Below are positions 54,028-63,022 of a stretch of 64,000 bases of DNA, piece after piece; the first letter of the stretch is position 1, and every line of letters begins with the position of its first letter. The DNA lies in contig CAVZKA010000002.1 in NCBI GenBank assembly GCA_963775725.1, positions 1,253,004 through 1,317,003 on the forward strand. Reading direction: 5' to 3'. The translations under genes and the position numbers were made by a program. Source of the stretch: an uncultured Acidobacteriota bacterium. Its GTDB lineage: Bacteria; Acidobacteriota; Thermoanaerobaculia; UBA5066; Gp7-AA6. Under the pieces are notes generated by a model. The model had not been told where the DNA came from. It saw nothing but the letters and a program-made list of their open reading frames with translations, and made no database searches.

Positions 54028-54528
54028 CGGTGAGAGCTCGCCGAACCACACGCGGCTCGGCAAGCCCGGCAGCGTTCCGAGATCCCGGTGCGAGCGAAAG
54101 CCCGGATCGGGCGGCGCAACGCCGAGCGAAATCGCGAAGCGGATCCCATATTGGTCTCGGAGCCTTTTCAACTCGTCGGCCCGGAGGGGCTCGTAACGAA
54201 CGATGAGGATGTGCTCGGGGTAGAACGCCCGCTGCCAGAGTCGCGCGTGCCACGCGTCGACCTTCGTCGCGACGAGCAGGAGCGAGCCGCCGGGCGGAAG
54301 CGACTCCCGAACGGCTGCCATCTGCCCCCGGTCAACGGGGGTGAAGACGCTCGGGCCGGCGTCGCGGAAGGCCACGCGCAGGTCGGCCACGAGCGCGTCC
54401 CCGCCGCTGGCGAGCGACGCGGCGAAGACGATCGCCGCCGCCACGACAACGAGGAGCGATCTCCACCCGGCGGATGGCTGGTGACGATCCCGTGGCCAGA
54501 GAAGAAACACCGGAGGCACTGTGGCCAT
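54025..54528 (-). CDS. hypothetical membrane-anchored protein (167 aa)
   Basis: The start MATVPPVFLLWP is followed by a single TM and then a soluble domain. It is translationally coupled within the operon. Confidence 0.5.
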   Translation of the reverse strand: MATVPPVFLLWPRDRHQPSAGWRSLLVVVAAAIVFAASLASGGDALVADLRVAFRDAGPSVFTPVDRGQMAAVRESLPPGGSLLLVATKVDAWHARLWQRAFYPEHILIVRYEPLRADELKRLRDQYGIRFAISLGVAPPDPGFRSHRDLGTLPGLPSRVWFGELSP

Positions 54529-54566
54529 GATACGCCGCAGAATCGGGGGCGGTGGTCCCGGGTGGC

Positions 54567-55745
54567 TCAGGGCGCCGGCGTCGCCCGATCCGCGTAGGGG
54601 GGCAGAGTCCGGTAGGGACCGTAGGCCCGGATGACGTCGGGCGCGCCGCCGGAGGCCTCGGCATCCTCGAGGAAGAAGGCCGCGATGCGCCGGGCATGCT
54701 CGTCGAGCATCTCGCCCTCGATGTTGGAGAGCATCACGCAGACGAGCCGCGCGTGCGGCACCAGGACGATGGCGGAGCGCCCGCCCACGCCGCGGCCTCC
54801 GTGCCAGAGGACGCGGCGGCCGCGGGCGTCGGTCTCGACGTGCCAGCCGAGGCCGTAGCCCGTGCGGACGCCGGCGCGGGTGACCTGGGTCGTGAACATC
54901 GCGTCGAGGGTCTCGCGACGCAGGATCTCTCCGCGAAGAAGCGCCGCGCCGAAGCGCGCGAGATCTCCCGTCGTCGAGAGCAGGCCGCCGGCTCCCCAGC
55001 GGCAGCTGGTGTCGACCTCGCGCGCGGAGCGCAGGAGGCCGAACCAGCCGCGCTCGTAGAAGAGCGTTCGGCCGGGCAGGAAGCGCCGCGGGTCGTCGAT
55101 CATGGTGGAGCTCATGCCGGTCGGCTCGGCGAGCGACTCGGCCAGCAGGGCGCCGAAGGACTTTCCGGAGGCCGACTCGAGGGCGGCGGACAGCAGCACG
55201 TAGCCGGGCCGCGACTCGGTATAGGCGAGGCCCGGGGGGCGGACGAAGAGTTGGGGGGGCAGCCGCCGCACGGCGTCGCGGGCGGCGGTGCAGGGGGCCG
55301 GCGCATCTTCCTCGTCCTCGAAGTCGCGCGCGCCCGACAGGTGGGCGGCGAGCGAGCGGACCGTCACGGGGAAGCCTCCGTCCTGCACGCCGGGCACGTA
55401 GCGCTGGATGGGGGCGTCGAGGTCGATGCGGCCCTCGTCGGCGAGGCGCGCCATCATCGTGGCGGTCAGCGGCATGGCGACCTCGTAGACCCGGAACTGC
55501 GTGGCGCGAGAGACGGGCCGGTGGCGGTCGACGTCCGCGAAGCCGAAGGCGGTCGACCAGACGATCTCGTTGCCGATGGCGACCGCGACCGCGGTGCCCG
55601 GGTAGAGCTGGAGGACCTCGTCGAGCATCGCCCGCGACCGGTCGATCGCGCGGGCATAGGGCGGCTTGCGGGACTCGCCGCCGACGGTCGACGCGACGAG
55701 CGCCGCGGCGCATGCGAACGCGACGGCCCGGACGCGCGCCTTCAA
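54567..55745 (-). CDS. beta-lactamase/transpeptidase-fold protein lacking the SxxK catalytic motif (putative pseudo-enzyme), secreted
   Basis: It has a signal peptide. It aligns to class C/EstB-type serine hydrolases (TQFRVYEVAMPLTA vs TLFRIASVTKxFTA), with Ser changed to Glu and Lys to Met. The start is uncertain (TTG at 55745). Confidence 0.7.
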   Translation of the reverse strand: MKARVRAVAFACAAALVASTVGGESRKPPYARAIDRSRAMLDEVLQLYPGTAVAVAIGNEIVWSTAFGFADVDRHRPVSRATQFRVYEVAMPLTATMMARLADEGRIDLDAPIQRYVPGVQDGGFPVTVRSLAAHLSGARDFEDEEDAPAPCTAARDAVRRLPPQLFVRPPGLAYTESRPGYVLLSAALESASGKSFGALLAESLAEPTGMSSTMIDDPRRFLPGRTLFYERGWFGLLRSAREVDTSCRWGAGGLLSTTGDLARFGAALLRGEILRRETLDAMFTTQVTRAGVRTGYGLGWHVETDARGRRVLWHGGRGVGGRSAIVLVPHARLVCVMLSNIEGEMLDEHARRIAAFFLEDAEASGGAPDVIRAYGPYRTLPPYADRATPAP

Positions 55746-56935
55746 GCGGGACTCGCGATCCGCGCGACCACGACGCGCTCCGGCGCGGCGTGCGAAAACG
55801 CGGAAGCGGGCGCGGCGACGAGGGGGATGCTCATCGCCACCTCGCAGCCGAGGCCCGGGGCGCCGCGGAACGCGAACTCGTGGTCCTCGCCGTAGAGCAG
55901 CTCCAGCCGGTCGCGCGTGTTGCGCAGGCCGACGCCCTCGCCGCCGCCGCGCCGACCCCCCTCGGGCGGCCCCGGTCCGTCGTCGCGTACCAGCAGCGAC
56001 AGGCGCCCGAGCCCGGCGCGCCGCACGCGCACCTCGACGGTCCCGGCGCCCGGCTTGGCGGCGATGCCGTGCTTGATCGCGTTCTCGACGAGGGGCTGCA
56101 GGATCAGGTTCGGCACCAGTGCTCCGCCCAGGTCCTGCGGGACGTCGAGCCGCACGGTCAGCCGGTCCTGGAAGCGCGTCTTCTGGATCTCGAGGTAGAC
56201 CTCGAGCAGGTCGAGCTCCCGGCGCAGCGGGATCAGGTCGTTCGTCTCGTTCTGCAGCGAGAGCCGCAGCAGGTCCGCCAGGCGCACGACCGTGCGGCTC
56301 GCCGCTTCGCCGTCCCGGAAGACGAGCGGCAGGATGCTGTTCAACGTGTTGAACAGAAAGTGCGGATGGAGCTGCATCTTCAGCGCTTCCAGGCGCGCGC
56401 TCGTCAGCCGCGTCTCGAGCTGCGAGGCGCGCAGCTCGCGCTCGCGCGAGAGCGTCGCGTACTGCAGCATCCACGTCGCGCCGACGATGCTCCAGAAGGT
56501 GATGAAGTGGGTCGGGAAGGCGAGCGGCAGGAGTTGCCGGACGCCCGCGAGCTGCACCGCCGGGACGGCCGGAAAGCCCATGAGCAGCGGATAGGCCAGC
56601 TGATACGCCGCGCAGTGCAGGACCGGAAACGCGAACGACGCGAGGCCGAGGAAGCCGATCGGGCCCACCCACTGCTCCTGCGCCGGCATGCAGCGGCGCG
56701 CGATCCACACGATCGTGGGGGTGAAGGCGGCCCAGATGTACGCGGCGAGCAGGCACTGCGCCAGCGCCTCCCACAGGCCGAACTCCAGCCGGCGCAGCTG
56801 GTACGGGTCGGAGAAATACCGGTCGGCCGCGCGGAAGAGGCCGACGAGCGTCCAGGCGGCGAGGACCCACACCGTGGCCCGGGCGCGCGCGGCCGCGCGG
56901 CGCGAGCGAGCGGAGGCCCAGGCCGCAGTCCTCAC
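55742..56935 (-). CDS. LytS/YehU-family sensor histidine kinase (paralog 2)
   Basis: It has 5TM-like N-terminal helices, a His_kinase (PF06580-type) region (LKMQLHPHFLFNTLNSI) and HATPase_c. Its GTG start overlaps the upstream stop. Confidence 0.8.
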   Translation of the reverse strand: MRTAAWASARSRRAAARARATVWVLAAWTLVGLFRAADRYFSDPYQLRRLEFGLWEALAQCLLAAYIWAAFTPTIVWIARRCMPAQEQWVGPIGFLGLASFAFPVLHCAAYQLAYPLLMGFPAVPAVQLAGVRQLLPLAFPTHFITFWSIVGATWMLQYATLSRERELRASQLETRLTSARLEALKMQLHPHFLFNTLNSILPLVFRDGEAASRTVVRLADLLRLSLQNETNDLIPLRRELDLLEVYLEIQKTRFQDRLTVRLDVPQDLGGALVPNLILQPLVENAIKHGIAAKPGAGTVEVRVRRAGLGRLSLLVRDDGPGPPEGGRRGGGEGVGLRNTRDRLELLYGEDHEFAFRGAPGLGCEVAMSIPLVAAPASAFSHAAPERVVVARIASPA

Positions 56936-58116
56936 GCCGCGCCCTCCGCGGCGAGGACCGCCGGCGCGGCCGAGAGGGGCAGCGCGACGAGCACGGTCTG
57001 TCCCTGCGGCCGATCGGACACGGCGACCGCGTGGAGGCCCGGGTAGAGCAGGTCGAGGCGCAGTCTCGTCTTCTGGATGAAGGACTCGTCGATCGGGGCC
57101 GCGGCGCACGCGGGATCGAACGGCGCGGCGCGGACCTCGAGCCGCAGCGTCTCGGGCTCGAGCCGCGCAAGGATCGCGACCCGCGCGCCGCCCGCGTGTC
57201 CGCCGGCGCCGCTCGCGATCGCGCCCTCGACCAGCGGCAGCAGGAGCAGGCTCGGCACGGCCGCGTCGAGGGCCTCCTCCTGGATCTCGAAGGAGACCGC
57301 GAGCCGGTCCTTCAGCCGCGTCTGCTCGATCTGGAGGTAGAGGCGGATGTACTCGAGCTCTTTCTTGAGCGGCACGAGCTCGGTCGCCTCGTTGTAGAGG
57401 GCGAGGCGCAGCAGGTCGCCGAGCTGGACCACCGTGCGGGCGGCCGCCCGCGGCTCCGTGCGGATGAGCGGCGGGATCGTCGCCAGCGCGTTGAAGAGAA
57501 AGGGCGGGTCCAGGCGCAGCTTCAACGCCTCGAGCTGCGTGCCGACGAGCTCGCGCTCGAGCTCCGAGGCCTGCAGCTCCTTCTCGCGGTACGTGTGAAA
57601 GTCGTCGATGCCCCACGTCACGCCGGCGATGCCGAAAAAGGTCGCCAGGCGCGCCGCGCCGCCGAAGGAGAGCGTTGCCATGAAGGTCGCGAAGAAATCC
57701 GGCGAGCGCTCGGCCGCGTCGACGGTCTGCCAGAACAGGTTCGTGACGACCAGGTGCGCGAGCGCCGCCGCGATCCCGGCTGCGAGCAGCAGCGGCACGG
57801 TGCGCAGGATGCGCGCCCGGCGCGGCCGCAGCCGTCGCGCGATGCGCATCACGGCTGGCGTCATCACGGCCCAGATGGCGGCCGCCACGAAGCTCGCCGC
57901 CAGCGCCACGCCCCACGGCAGCGCCAGGCGCGGCTGGAGGGAGGGCCCCCGCAGGTAGCGCTGGGTCGCGACGAAGAATGCCACGCCGCTCCACACGAGC
58001 GTGATCTCGAGCGCGCCCTGCCAGCGCCCCGTCGGCAGACGCGCGGGCGCGGACGTCCTCCGGGGCCGCGGTGCCCCGTCGATCTCGACCCGACGCTCCG
58101 CCGCCGCGCCCTGCAT
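56932..58116 (-). CDS. LytS/YehU-family sensor histidine kinase (paralog 1)
   Basis: It has the same architecture (LKLRLDPPFLFNALATI) and starts 4 nt after the lytTR regulator stop. Confidence 0.8.
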   Translation of the reverse strand: MQGAAAERRVEIDGAPRPRRTSAPARLPTGRWQGALEITLVWSGVAFFVATQRYLRGPSLQPRLALPWGVALAASFVAAAIWAVMTPAVMRIARRLRPRRARILRTVPLLLAAGIAAALAHLVVTNLFWQTVDAAERSPDFFATFMATLSFGGAARLATFFGIAGVTWGIDDFHTYREKELQASELERELVGTQLEALKLRLDPPFLFNALATIPPLIRTEPRAAARTVVQLGDLLRLALYNEATELVPLKKELEYIRLYLQIEQTRLKDRLAVSFEIQEEALDAAVPSLLLLPLVEGAIASGAGGHAGGARVAILARLEPETLRLEVRAAPFDPACAAAPIDESFIQKTRLRLDLLYPGLHAVAVSDRPQGQTVLVALPLSAAPAVLAAEGAA

Positions 58117-58120
58117 GCGT

Positions 58121-58888
58121 CTACACGGCGAGGCGGCGGAAATCCTTCAGGCGGTCGCGGTAGGTGCTCGAGAGGGTCAGGCGCGTCCCGTCCTTCAGCG
58201 TCACAGCGTAGTCGCCGTTGAACCAGGGATGCATCTCGCGGATTCGTTCGATGTTGACGATCGTGGAGCGGTGGATGCGGAAGAAGTGCTTCGGGTCCAA
58301 CCGCGCCTCGATGCCCGTCGTGGTCTCGTGGAAGACGTAGACCTCCTTGCCGACGTGCAGCCGCACGTTGTTGCGCGAGGACTCGATCCAGTCGATGTCG
58401 GCCACGCGCAGGAAGACGCTGCGCTCGTCCTTCTTGATGAGAAGCCACTCCGGGTAGGTCCGTTCGCGCTGGATGTCCTCGAGCAGGGCGTGGAGGGCCA
58501 CCTTGAGGTCCTTGGACGAGCTCTTGTCGACCTCGCCGCGCGCGCGCTCCATGGCCTCGTGCAGGCGCTCGCCCGAGAACGGCTTCATCAGGTAGTCCAC
58601 CGCGTGCGCCTCGAAGGCCTTGAGCGCGTAACGGTCGAACGCTGTGATGAAGATGACGGCCGGGAGGACAGCCGGGTCGAGGCTCGCCAGCACCCCGAAC
58701 CCGTCGAGCCCCGGCATCTGGACGTCGAGGAGCACGAGGTCCGGCTTCTGCTCGGTGATGGTCCTGACGGCCTCGAACCCGTCGCCGCACTCCCCGATGA
58801 TCTCGACGTCGGCCTCGTCCTGGAGCCCGTTGCGCACCCACTCGCGCGCGAGGGGCTCGTCGTCCACGATCAAAGTCCGGATCCTCAT
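58121..58888 (-). CDS. LytTR-family response regulator
   Basis: A receiver domain (LIVDDEPLAR…DVQMPGLDG) is followed by a LytTR DNA-binding domain. Confidence 0.9.
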   Translation of the reverse strand: MRIRTLIVDDEPLAREWVRNGLQDEADVEIIGECGDGFEAVRTITEQKPDLVLLDVQMPGLDGFGVLASLDPAVLPAVIFITAFDRYALKAFEAHAVDYLMKPFSGERLHEAMERARGEVDKSSSKDLKVALHALLEDIQRERTYPEWLLIKKDERSVFLRVADIDWIESSRNNVRLHVGKEVYVFHETTTGIEARLDPKHFFRIHRSTIVNIERIREMHPWFNGDYAVTLKDGTRLTLSSTYRDRLKDFRRLAV

Positions 58889-59373
58889 CCCGCACCTCCT
58901 ACGATTTTTTGCAACGTCGCAGTGGCTGATACGTAAGGAAACAGAGGGAGTTACGGTTTATGCCGAACTCCAGAACACCAATATTCCGGACGAAAGGTCC
59001 AAAAACCGGAAGGGTACGGCGATCCCCGACACGGGCGACATGTCGTTGAGGACAAAGGCCGCATTTCGAGGGACGGGCCGACGGGCGCTGCCGGGCGATC
59101 CCGGCGTCCGTCCCGCTGAATATTTTTTCGGCGTCGCCGCCGCGGCCGCCCTGATGCTCCCGGGCAGGGGCTGCGAGGGGGTGCCGTAGGGGGGCGGGGC
59201 GCGTCCCCGCCCCCCTCTGCCACACGGCGGCTCATGCGGACGGTCGCACCCGACCACCAAAGGCAGACCACCCAAGTAGGGAACGCCGGGCAACGCCCGG
59301 CGTTTACGGCCGCCCCGACGGCACCGAAATGCGCCGTATCAACAGCCGTCTTGAAAATGTCGGTGAGCGTGCT

Positions 59374-59910
59374 TTACGACTTGCTCTTCGCGTACGTCCC
59401 GTCGAACTCGACCTTCCAGCTCTTGCCGCCATCGGTCGACGAGTCCCAGAACTGGCGCACCTTTCCGCCGGGCTGCGGGGTCCACGTGATCCGTTGACGC
59501 ACTGTCGCGCCGCCGGCGGCGGGGCTGTCGCCTTCGAGCACCATCTTGCCGCCCTTGAATTCTCCGGTCAGCAGGAGCACCGTGCCGCCGTCGTCCACCC
59601 AGGTCTGGCGCCACTTGTGAGCGCCGGCGTCGAACATGTTGAGGCTCGTCCCGTGCGTCCCGCTCCTTCCGGTCCACTCCTCGCGCAGCGCGCACCCGCC
59701 GAGGATCAGCGTGATGCGGTTGTGGCCGGCCGCCTTGCCTTCGGGCGTCGTGACGTCCCAGTCGCCGAGCCAGAAGTCGAACTGCCGGTGCTGCGGCGTG
59801 GCGCAGGGCTTGGGAGCGGGCGTCGACTGCGGGGGCGGGTCGGAGACGGCGCTGACGTCACCGACCGTCAACGCGAGAACTCCGACGAGGATGTGGGCAA
59901 GGGCGATCAT
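59374..59910 (-). CDS. hypothetical secreted protein (178 aa)
   Basis: It has a signal peptide (MIALAHILVGVLALTVG) and a GGAGGG RBS. The FDFWLGDWDV motif resembles small lipocalin-like/DUF1579-type proteins, a weak match. Confidence 0.6.
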   Translation of the reverse strand: MIALAHILVGVLALTVGDVSAVSDPPPQSTPAPKPCATPQHRQFDFWLGDWDVTTPEGKAAGHNRITLILGGCALREEWTGRSGTHGTSLNMFDAGAHKWRQTWVDDGGTVLLLTGEFKGGKMVLEGDSPAAGGATVRQRITWTPQPGGKVRQFWDSSTDGGKSWKVEFDGTYAKSKS

Positions 59911-60001
59911 CGGCAGTCCCTCCGTCGGCGCAACAGTATGGACCGGACCCGGAACGGGCAAGGTCGCCGGGACGAGGCTCGCAATTGGCGGGACGGGACG
60001 C

Positions 60002-61066
60002 TCAGCTCAAACGCCGGAAAGCATGCGATTTGACGGCGATCCAGACGTCGAGGCCGGGCGTCAGGCCGAGCTCCTCGGCCGAAGCGCGCGTCAGGCGCGC
60101 CGTCCACTCGAGCCCGGCGGCGGCAACCCGCGGCCACGCCGTCGCGCCGGAGATCTCGCACGAGATCACCCTGCCCGGATGGACGTTGCGCGCCGAGATG
60201 CCCTCGAGGGGCCGCGTCGAGACGAGCACGTCGTCCGGAGCGACGGAAAAGACGGCGCCGGCGCCCGGCCGGGCCGACTCGTCGGCGGGGACGGCGAAGA
60301 GCGCCTCGCCGACCTGGAGCGACGCCGTTTCGCGGATCCCCCGCGCCTTCCCGAACGCCCCGGAGAGGATGTTGTCGAAGCGGGCCTCCGGATCCACGAG
60401 CGACATCGAGCGCAGCGCCTCGTCGGGAGCGCCGGCGAACATCACCGCGCCCTCGCGCAGCACGATCGCCTCGCGCGCCACGGCCCGCGCCTCGCCGGCG
60501 TTGTGCGTGACGTAGAGAAAGGGGATCTGCAGCCGGTCGCGGACGCGCAAAAGATACGGCAGGATCTTGCCCTTGAGCGCCGGGTCGACGGCCGCGAGCG
60601 GCTCGTCGAGCAGGAGCAGCCGCGGCTCGGTCGCGATCGCGCGCGCGAGCGCCACGCGCTGGCGCTCGCCCCCCGAGATCGCGGAGGGGAAGCGCGTGAG
60701 CAGCGGGGCGATCTCGAGGATCTCCACGACCTCGTCGAAGAGCGCGGCCGCACCGGCGCCCGGGCGCATCCCGAATCGCACGTTGTTCGCGACGTCGAGG
60801 TGGGGAAAGAGGCAGGAGTCCTGGGGGACGTACCCGACGCGGCGCTTCTCGGGCGGCAGGAACACCCCGGCGGCCGTGTCCATCACGACGTCGCCGCGCA
60901 GCGAGATCCTGCCCGTGGCGCGCGGCCGCAATCCGGCGATCGCTTCGAGCAGCGAGGTCTTTCCCGAGCCCGACGGGCCCAGGACCGCCACGGTGTCGGC
61001 CGTGAGATTGGCCGCGACGTGGAGCCGGAACTGGGGCAGCGGCAGCGTGACGTCGAGCTCGATCAC
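60002..61066 (-). CDS. modC: molybdate ABC transporter ATP-binding protein with C-terminal TOBE domain
   Basis: It has Walker A (GPSGSGKTS) and the ABC signature, plus a C-terminal TOBE/Mop domain. Its GTG start overlaps the modB stop. Confidence 0.9.
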   Translation of the reverse strand: MIELDVTLPLPQFRLHVAANLTADTVAVLGPSGSGKTSLLEAIAGLRPRATGRISLRGDVVMDTAAGVFLPPEKRRVGYVPQDSCLFPHLDVANNVRFGMRPGAGAAALFDEVVEILEIAPLLTRFPSAISGGERQRVALARAIATEPRLLLLDEPLAAVDPALKGKILPYLLRVRDRLQIPFLYVTHNAGEARAVAREAIVLREGAVMFAGAPDEALRSMSLVDPEARFDNILSGAFGKARGIRETASLQVGEALFAVPADESARPGAGAVFSVAPDDVLVSTRPLEGISARNVHPGRVISCEISGATAWPRVAAAGLEWTARLTRASAEELGLTPGLDVWIAVKSHAFRRLS

Positions 61067-61740
61067 GCGGCGGTCTTCTTCGTGCGGCGGCGCGTCAGGA
61101 TCTCGGTCGTCCAGACCGCGGCGAAGGCGATGACGACCGTGACGCCCACCAGGCGCATGGCCGCATCGTCCTGGCCGATGTGGGTGCGCTGGAAGATCGC
61201 GAGCGCCATCGTCTGCGTGCGGCCGGGAATGTTGCCGGCGATCATGATGGTCGCGCCAAACTCGCCGAGCGCGCGCGAGAAGGCGAGGAGCACCCCGACG
61301 AGGATCCCGCGCCACGCGAGCGGCAGGGCGACGCGGCGGAACACGGCGGCCGGGCTGCCGCCGAGCGACCGGCCCATCGCGAGCAGGCGCGGGTCGATCT
61401 CCTCGAAGGCGGTGCGGACCGGCCGCACGAGGAGCGGGAAGGACATGACCGCGGTCGCCAGGACGACGGCCTTCCAGGTGAAGAGGATCTCGATCCCCGC
61501 CCTGTCGAGCAGGCGGCCGAGGGGGCCGGCCCTACGGAGGGCATCGAGCAGCAGGAGGCCCACGGCGGTCGGCGGCAGCACGAGGGGCAGCGACAGCGCG
61601 GTCTCGAGGAACGTGCGCGCGACGCCGCCGCGGCGTGACAGGTGCCAGGCCGCGAAGATCCCGAGCGGCAGGATCAGGAGCGTGGCGATCGCCGCCACGC
61701 GCAGCGTCAGCAGCAGGATCGAGAAGTCGCCGGACGGCAC
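61063..61740 (-). CDS. modB: molybdate ABC transporter permease
   Basis: It has five TM helices and the ModB-type EAA loop (LGEFGATIMIAGNIPG). Confidence 0.9.
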   Translation of the reverse strand: MPSGDFSILLLTLRVAAIATLLILPLGIFAAWHLSRRGGVARTFLETALSLPLVLPPTAVGLLLLDALRRAGPLGRLLDRAGIEILFTWKAVVLATAVMSFPLLVRPVRTAFEEIDPRLLAMGRSLGGSPAAVFRRVALPLAWRGILVGVLLAFSRALGEFGATIMIAGNIPGRTQTMALAIFQRTHIGQDDAAMRLVGVTVVIAFAAVWTTEILTRRRTKKTAA

Positions 61741-61743
61741 CGC

Positions 61744-62496
61744 TTACTTCGCCTCGCGCACGACGAACCCGCGCTTCTTGAATTCCGCAAGCCCGGCGGG
61801 CCCCGCCAGGAACCGGACGAAGGCGGCCGCCGCCCTCGGGTCCTTCGAGGCCGCCACGGGTGCGACGGAGTAGAGGATCTCGGGCCCGTTCGTCACGTCG
61901 AAGGCGATGCGCGCGGACTTCGCGACGGCGGCGTCGGTGCGGTAGACGACCGCAGCCGGGATCGCGCCGCTTTCGACCGCGGCCAGCGCGGCGCGGACGT
62001 CGAGCGTCGGAACGACCTTCGGCTCGATCCTTTCCCAGAGGCCGAGGTCCGAGAGCCACTTCTTCGCATAGATGCCGGCGGGGACCGCCGCCGGATCGGC
62101 GAGCGCAATCTTCGGGAGGTTCGCGAGGTTCTCGGCGGCCTCGATCTTGAGCGTCGAGTCGGCGGGCACGACGACCACGAGGGTGTTCGAGAGGAACTCG
62201 CGCCGGTCGGCGGCCCGGACGAGGCCCGCCTTCTCGAGGGCGTCCATCCTGGCGGTGTCGGCCGAGAAGAACACGTCGGCCGGAGCACCGGCCTGGATCT
62301 CCCGGGCCAGGTCGCTCGAGGCGCCGAACGAAAAGACCGCATTCTCGCCGGTCCTCGCCTCGTATGCCCGGCCGAGGTCCTGCAGGGACTCGCTCAGGCT
62401 GGCGGCGCCGAACACGAGGAGCTCCGGCTTCGGGTCGGCGGCGCGGAGGGCGAATGCGGCGGCGAGGAGCGCGGCGGACGGCAGAAACCTCTTCAT
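61744..62496 (-). CDS. modA: molybdate-binding periplasmic protein
   Basis: It has a signal peptide and ModA-like motifs (LLVFGAASL…ADVFFSA). The longer track ORF upstream is read-through. Confidence 0.85.
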   Translation of the reverse strand: MKRFLPSAALLAAAFALRAADPKPELLVFGAASLSESLQDLGRAYEARTGENAVFSFGASSDLAREIQAGAPADVFFSADTARMDALEKAGLVRAADRREFLSNTLVVVVPADSTLKIEAAENLANLPKIALADPAAVPAGIYAKKWLSDLGLWERIEPKVVPTLDVRAALAAVESGAIPAAVVYRTDAAVAKSARIAFDVTNGPEILYSVAPVAASKDPRAAAAFVRFLAGPAGLAEFKKRGFVVREAK

Positions 62497-62519
62497 CGGT
62501 GTCTTCTTCCCGGTCTTCG

Positions 62520-62927
62520 TCAGGCGCGGATGATCATGACTTCGGTGGCTTTCATCAGGGCGTAGGCGGACGAGCCCGCCTTGAGCCCGAGCTGCTTCAC
62601 GGCGGCCCTCGTGATGATCGCGGTCAGCATCTGGTCCCCGACCCGGAGCGTGACCTCCGCGAGGAGGCCCGACTCGCGGATGCGGGCGACCGTGCCGAGC
62701 AGCTTGTTGCGCCCGCTGATCGCATCCATGCCGACCGGACTCGAAGCCGCCGGAGCGGCGGCGCCGAGGCGCCGGATCTCGCTGGCCGGGATCCGGTGGT
62801 GCCCGCCGGGCGTCCGGACGGAGCGGATGCGCTTCCTGTAGATCCACTGCTTGACCGTCTGGTAGCTGACGCCGAGCAGTTTCGCGGCGTCCGCCGGAGT
62901 GAGGGGGCCCCGCGGGGTCGGTTGCAT
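62520..62927 (-). CDS. ModE-like regulator: MerR/excisionase-type HTH + TOBE (Mop) molybdate-binding domain
   Basis: The N-terminal HTH (LTPADAAKLLGVSYQTVKQWI) is followed by a C-terminal TOBE domain (LLGTVARI…). Confidence 0.75.
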   Translation of the reverse strand: MQPTPRGPLTPADAAKLLGVSYQTVKQWIYRKRIRSVRTPGGHHRIPASEIRRLGAAAPAASSPVGMDAISGRNKLLGTVARIRESGLLAEVTLRVGDQMLTAIITRAAVKQLGLKAGSSAYALMKATEVMIIRA

Positions 62928-63022
62928 CGGCCGGTGATCTTATACGGTTTAATACGATTTTGTTTGCAGAAAGTCGGATGAAAAGAGATGCTCCCGCCCG
63001 GTTCAGAAAAGAAGGAGCATTG

